NCBI GenBank assembly: GCA_022813865.1 | Contig: JALDZX010000020.1 | Coordinates: 310,001-374,000 of the forward strand | Reading direction: 5' to 3' | Source: Xylographa opegraphella | Taxonomy: Eukaryota | DNA length: 64,000 nucleotides | Part shown: positions 61,614 through 64,000 of the stretch, one piece after another | Layout: every line of letters begins with the position of its first letter | Numbering within the stretch: position 1 is the stretch's first letter | The notes under the pieces: generated by a model | What the model was told of the DNA's origin: nothing | The model's input: only the letters and a program-made list of their open reading frames with translations | The model's database searches: none | Program-made: the position numbers and the translations under genes

Positions 61614-61943
61614 TTAGGTGCAATGTGTATACAAGATTTTCTGTGTCAAATCCAAGCCCACTGCTTGCCCCAGGCCCCTTTGCCTGCCCCCTATCCTATC
61701 TTTCCTCGAGCCCACTAATCCACGTCGCAATACGCATTGGGTGCAGTAAAACTCGGGAAAAACCTGCGCAATTGCGACTCCTAATAGACAGCGTCCCTTG
61801 CGGGGTTCTAACCCGCACCCCAGACCGAATATACCCCCGAGAGTATAGTTTTTGGGGTCATGGGTACACCAGGTGATGCGCTGACGTCGCACCAACGGGA
61901 TAGCCTGCTCTTGATGCTGCTGAGATCCACCGACGGCCGCCAT
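61614..61943 (-). CDS. Small Cys/His-rich putative zinc-binding protein (109 aa) behind a multi-intron 5' leader
   Basis: WCTH-x14-C-x8-C-x14-CTQC. It is preceded by textbook introns 62040-61985 and 62190-62136 and a TATATAAA at 63185-63178. Confidence 0.55.
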   Translation of the reverse strand: MAAVGGSQQHQEQAIPLVRRQRITWCTHDPKNYTLGGIFGLGCGLEPRKGRCLLGVAIAQVFPEFYCTQCVLRRGLVGSRKDRIGGRQRGLGQAVGLDLTQKILYTHCT

Positions 61944-62585
61944 TGGTCCGAACTTGTTAAACAGGGAATGGTAGCGAGAGAGGACTGGAATAGTGGTTAG
62001 GCGAGCACGACATCGAAATTTTTTTTGGAAATTAACTTACGAGCTGCAGGCTGTCACGCTATAGCAGTATGAAATGGCATGTTCTCCAGGATGGGTACTT
62101 CGGACTTCTGAGCTAGGAAATGGCGGCAAGAGAGACTAGAACAATGGTTAGTAAAGTACTGCGTCCAAATACCTTCAGGAACAAACTTACAAGTTCCCGG
62201 TGGTATTATCATAGCAGTGTCAGATCGTACACTTTTCAGGATGGGTAAGAGGACGGCCGAGAGCGAAAGGACGAGCAGATAGTGGAGTGTGTAAGCTTTG
62301 AGAAGAGAGCAGCTAGGATTGGTAAGGGGCATCAACTCACCCGAATAATTGTGAGAACAAGAGATATCAATGGTAGAGAAGTATTGGATGGATGTGCTGG
62401 TAAGAGCCGACCGAGGCGACGTAACGGCGCCATAAGAGGGAGTGGGAGAAAGAGCGTTAGCCTCAGTCTCCAGGAAAACAGGGGAGCATATGGGGCTCTG
62501 ACTGGGAAGTGCTTGAGGTGTAGCAGATGCAGCGTTGGTGATTTAACAAGATACATTGAAAGGAAAGAACGCCCAACACCAGACT

Positions 62586-62800
62586 CCGAACGCCAAACGC
62601 CCCACCGAAAGCAGACCCAGCAGACCAAAGGCAGAAAAACAGTACACCGAACGCCTAACTCCAAACTCCTAACGCCACACCGAAGCAGACCAAAGCAGAC
62701 CGAGGATCGAAAACACCGAACGCCAAACTCCCCCCCACCACACAAAAGCAGACCAAAACAGACCAAAAACAAAACACCGAACGCCTAACACCAAACACCA
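62586..62800. repeat. Degenerate ~61-69 bp minisatellite (CCGAACGCC / AAGCAGACC motifs)
   Basis: CCGAACGCC at 62586, 62647, 62716 and 62777. Paired (G)CAGACC motifs lie between them. The + strand is almost T-free. Confidence 0.8.
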
Positions 62801-63177
62801 AAGCAAATATCAAAAAACAAACCCAAAAATAAACAAAGCACAATATAAGGACGAAAGCAACGTGCAGAGCAGAGTGGAGGAGGAGGAGGAGGAGGAGTTC
62901 AGCCAGGTCCCCCGACCCAGCAGGAGCGAGGAGAGGCACTTACTGGTGAAGAGTAGTGGTGAAGATGCTGAAGAAAGAAAAGAAAGTAGAGGAGAGGGAA
63001 TTTGGAGTGTAGGTAATGGCTCTAGCACGGCAGGAGATATCACGCACCAAGCCTTCTCCAGAGCGAGGGGCCAGATACCTAAACCGCTGATACGCAAACC
63101 TCTGATCGTGGATTGTATACATGTGTAGTGCTGATTGAGAGCGTTGTAAGGTGAAGAGAATTGCGAGTTGGGCAATG

Positions 63178-63185
63178 TTTATATA
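63178..63185 (-). promoter_or_regulatory. TATA box candidate for the spliced transcript ending in ORF 61943-61614
   Basis: TATATAAA on the minus strand, followed by a C/A/T-rich leader and a GTAAGT donor at 62943. Confidence 0.45.
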
Positions 63186-63545
63186 TCCGGATTGAGCCAA
63201 GTTCCACAAAAAACTAGTAAGGATTGCCGTGTTGGTGACTGGGAGACACACTTTGAGAGTAGTGTGTGGTCACAAGTGCTTCATCATCGGGAAGGTCAGT
63301 GCACAGTTCCGCAGTCTTAAGACTTTCAGCCAAACGGTAGCATGGTGATGAAGATGCAAATGCTTTATTGTTGTCTGGCCTGAAGCAGTTTAGCTACCTA
63401 GTACGGTAATGCGCTGAGCTTCATCAAGCCACACCCGCCGAAATATGCCCGTGTCGCTATGCAAGAATCCAAGTTCCGTCCAAGTGACCCATCCTTTACT
63501 TACGCCCAATTCGTTACCTTCCCACTTTTGAAGCCTGCCCTGAGA

Positions 63546-64000
63546 TCAAGCTTTCATGTTCGCCAAGAACGAGTCGAGGTTGTATTCCTCCTCGTATTGG
63601 TTTTCGTCCCACAGTTCGCCCAGATCGTCCAGCCATCCCTTCTTGCCCTTTTCTCGGACCTCACCGGTCGCGTCCACCATATCTTCCTCTTTTCCGTTGA
63701 TGTTATTGCTGCTTGGATCCATGCCGTCGGCTGTTTCGCCAAGATTGAACAGATCCAGGATTTGATCTGTTTCCATTGTACCCAGGCCAGCATTTTGTTG
63801 GTTGACTACTGTCGAGGCCACATCGATTTTGAAACGTTGGAGGCTAATATCAGAAGTTAGTAAACAACCATCCTTGCGAACGACAAATGCAGAAATCCTC
63901 GGACTAACTTTAATATCTTCTCCTCCAATGTGCCTCTCGTAATCAACCGGTACACATTTACAACCTTCTTTTGTCCAATCCGATGCGCCCGGTCCATAGC
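63546..64000 (-). CDS. MOT1: 3' end of the TBP-associated SNF2 ATPase Mot1 (BTAF1); intron 63908-63844; truncated by the window edge
   Basis: [62 protein letters not shown]...[19 protein letters not shown]. Confidence 0.93.
   Translation of the reverse strand, partial: YGPGASDWTKEGCKCVPVDYERHIGGEDIKVSPRISAFVVRKDGCLLTSDISLQRFKIDVASTVVNQQNAGLGTMETDQILDLFNLGETADGMDPSSNNINGKEEDMVDATGEVREKGKKGWLDDLGELWDENQYEEEYNLDSFLANMKA

Noticed and set aside
61917..61985. CTGAGA...ACCG...GAACTTG...GCG resembling a TPP riboswitch
   Set aside because: Spacing is wrong and the P5 stem cannot pair. The region is better explained by the minus-strand transcript.
62586..62800. CRISPR-like periodicity
   Set aside because: The context is eukaryotic, the conserved core is only 9 nt, the spacers resemble each other, and no cas genes are present. 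It is a minisatellite.

Overview
This is eukaryotic DNA from a filamentous ascomycete (Pezizomycotina; probably Eurotiomycetes, by inference). It is gene-dense, with short GT-AG introns carrying CTRAC/CTRAY branch points. About 22 protein-coding genes were reconstructed by hand. Recognisable ones are GPI19, a histidine-phosphatase-like protein, striatin (PRO11/FAR8), RAD14, the cell-wall-integrity MAPKK MKK1, a GPI cell-wall protein, BOR1, an ASG1-like Zn2Cys6 factor, DBP8, a FKH1/2 forkhead factor, pacC, an ING/PHD protein, the QIP exonuclease and the 3' end of MOT1. No rRNA, tRNA, CRISPR array or intact transposon was seen. Main observations: (1) three unlinked small ORFs share a CxH...C...C-x13-16-CxxC module; one sits behind a multi-intron, uORF-bearing 5' leader and one carries an in-frame UAG inside a tandem repeat; (2) a poly(A)-polymerase-fold plus MJ1316 protein has lost all three catalytic aspartates and is divergent from DBP8; (3) a decay zone at about 37.4-43.4 kb contains a PTH11-like GPCR pseudogene and a frameshifted TRI7-like acyltransferase; (4) the histidine phosphatase lacks its HD motif; (5) GCCAAG autoregulatory sites cluster upstream of pacC; (6) abrupt GC-rich islands occur at gene 3' ends. 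All family assignments rest on recalled motifs, not database searches.
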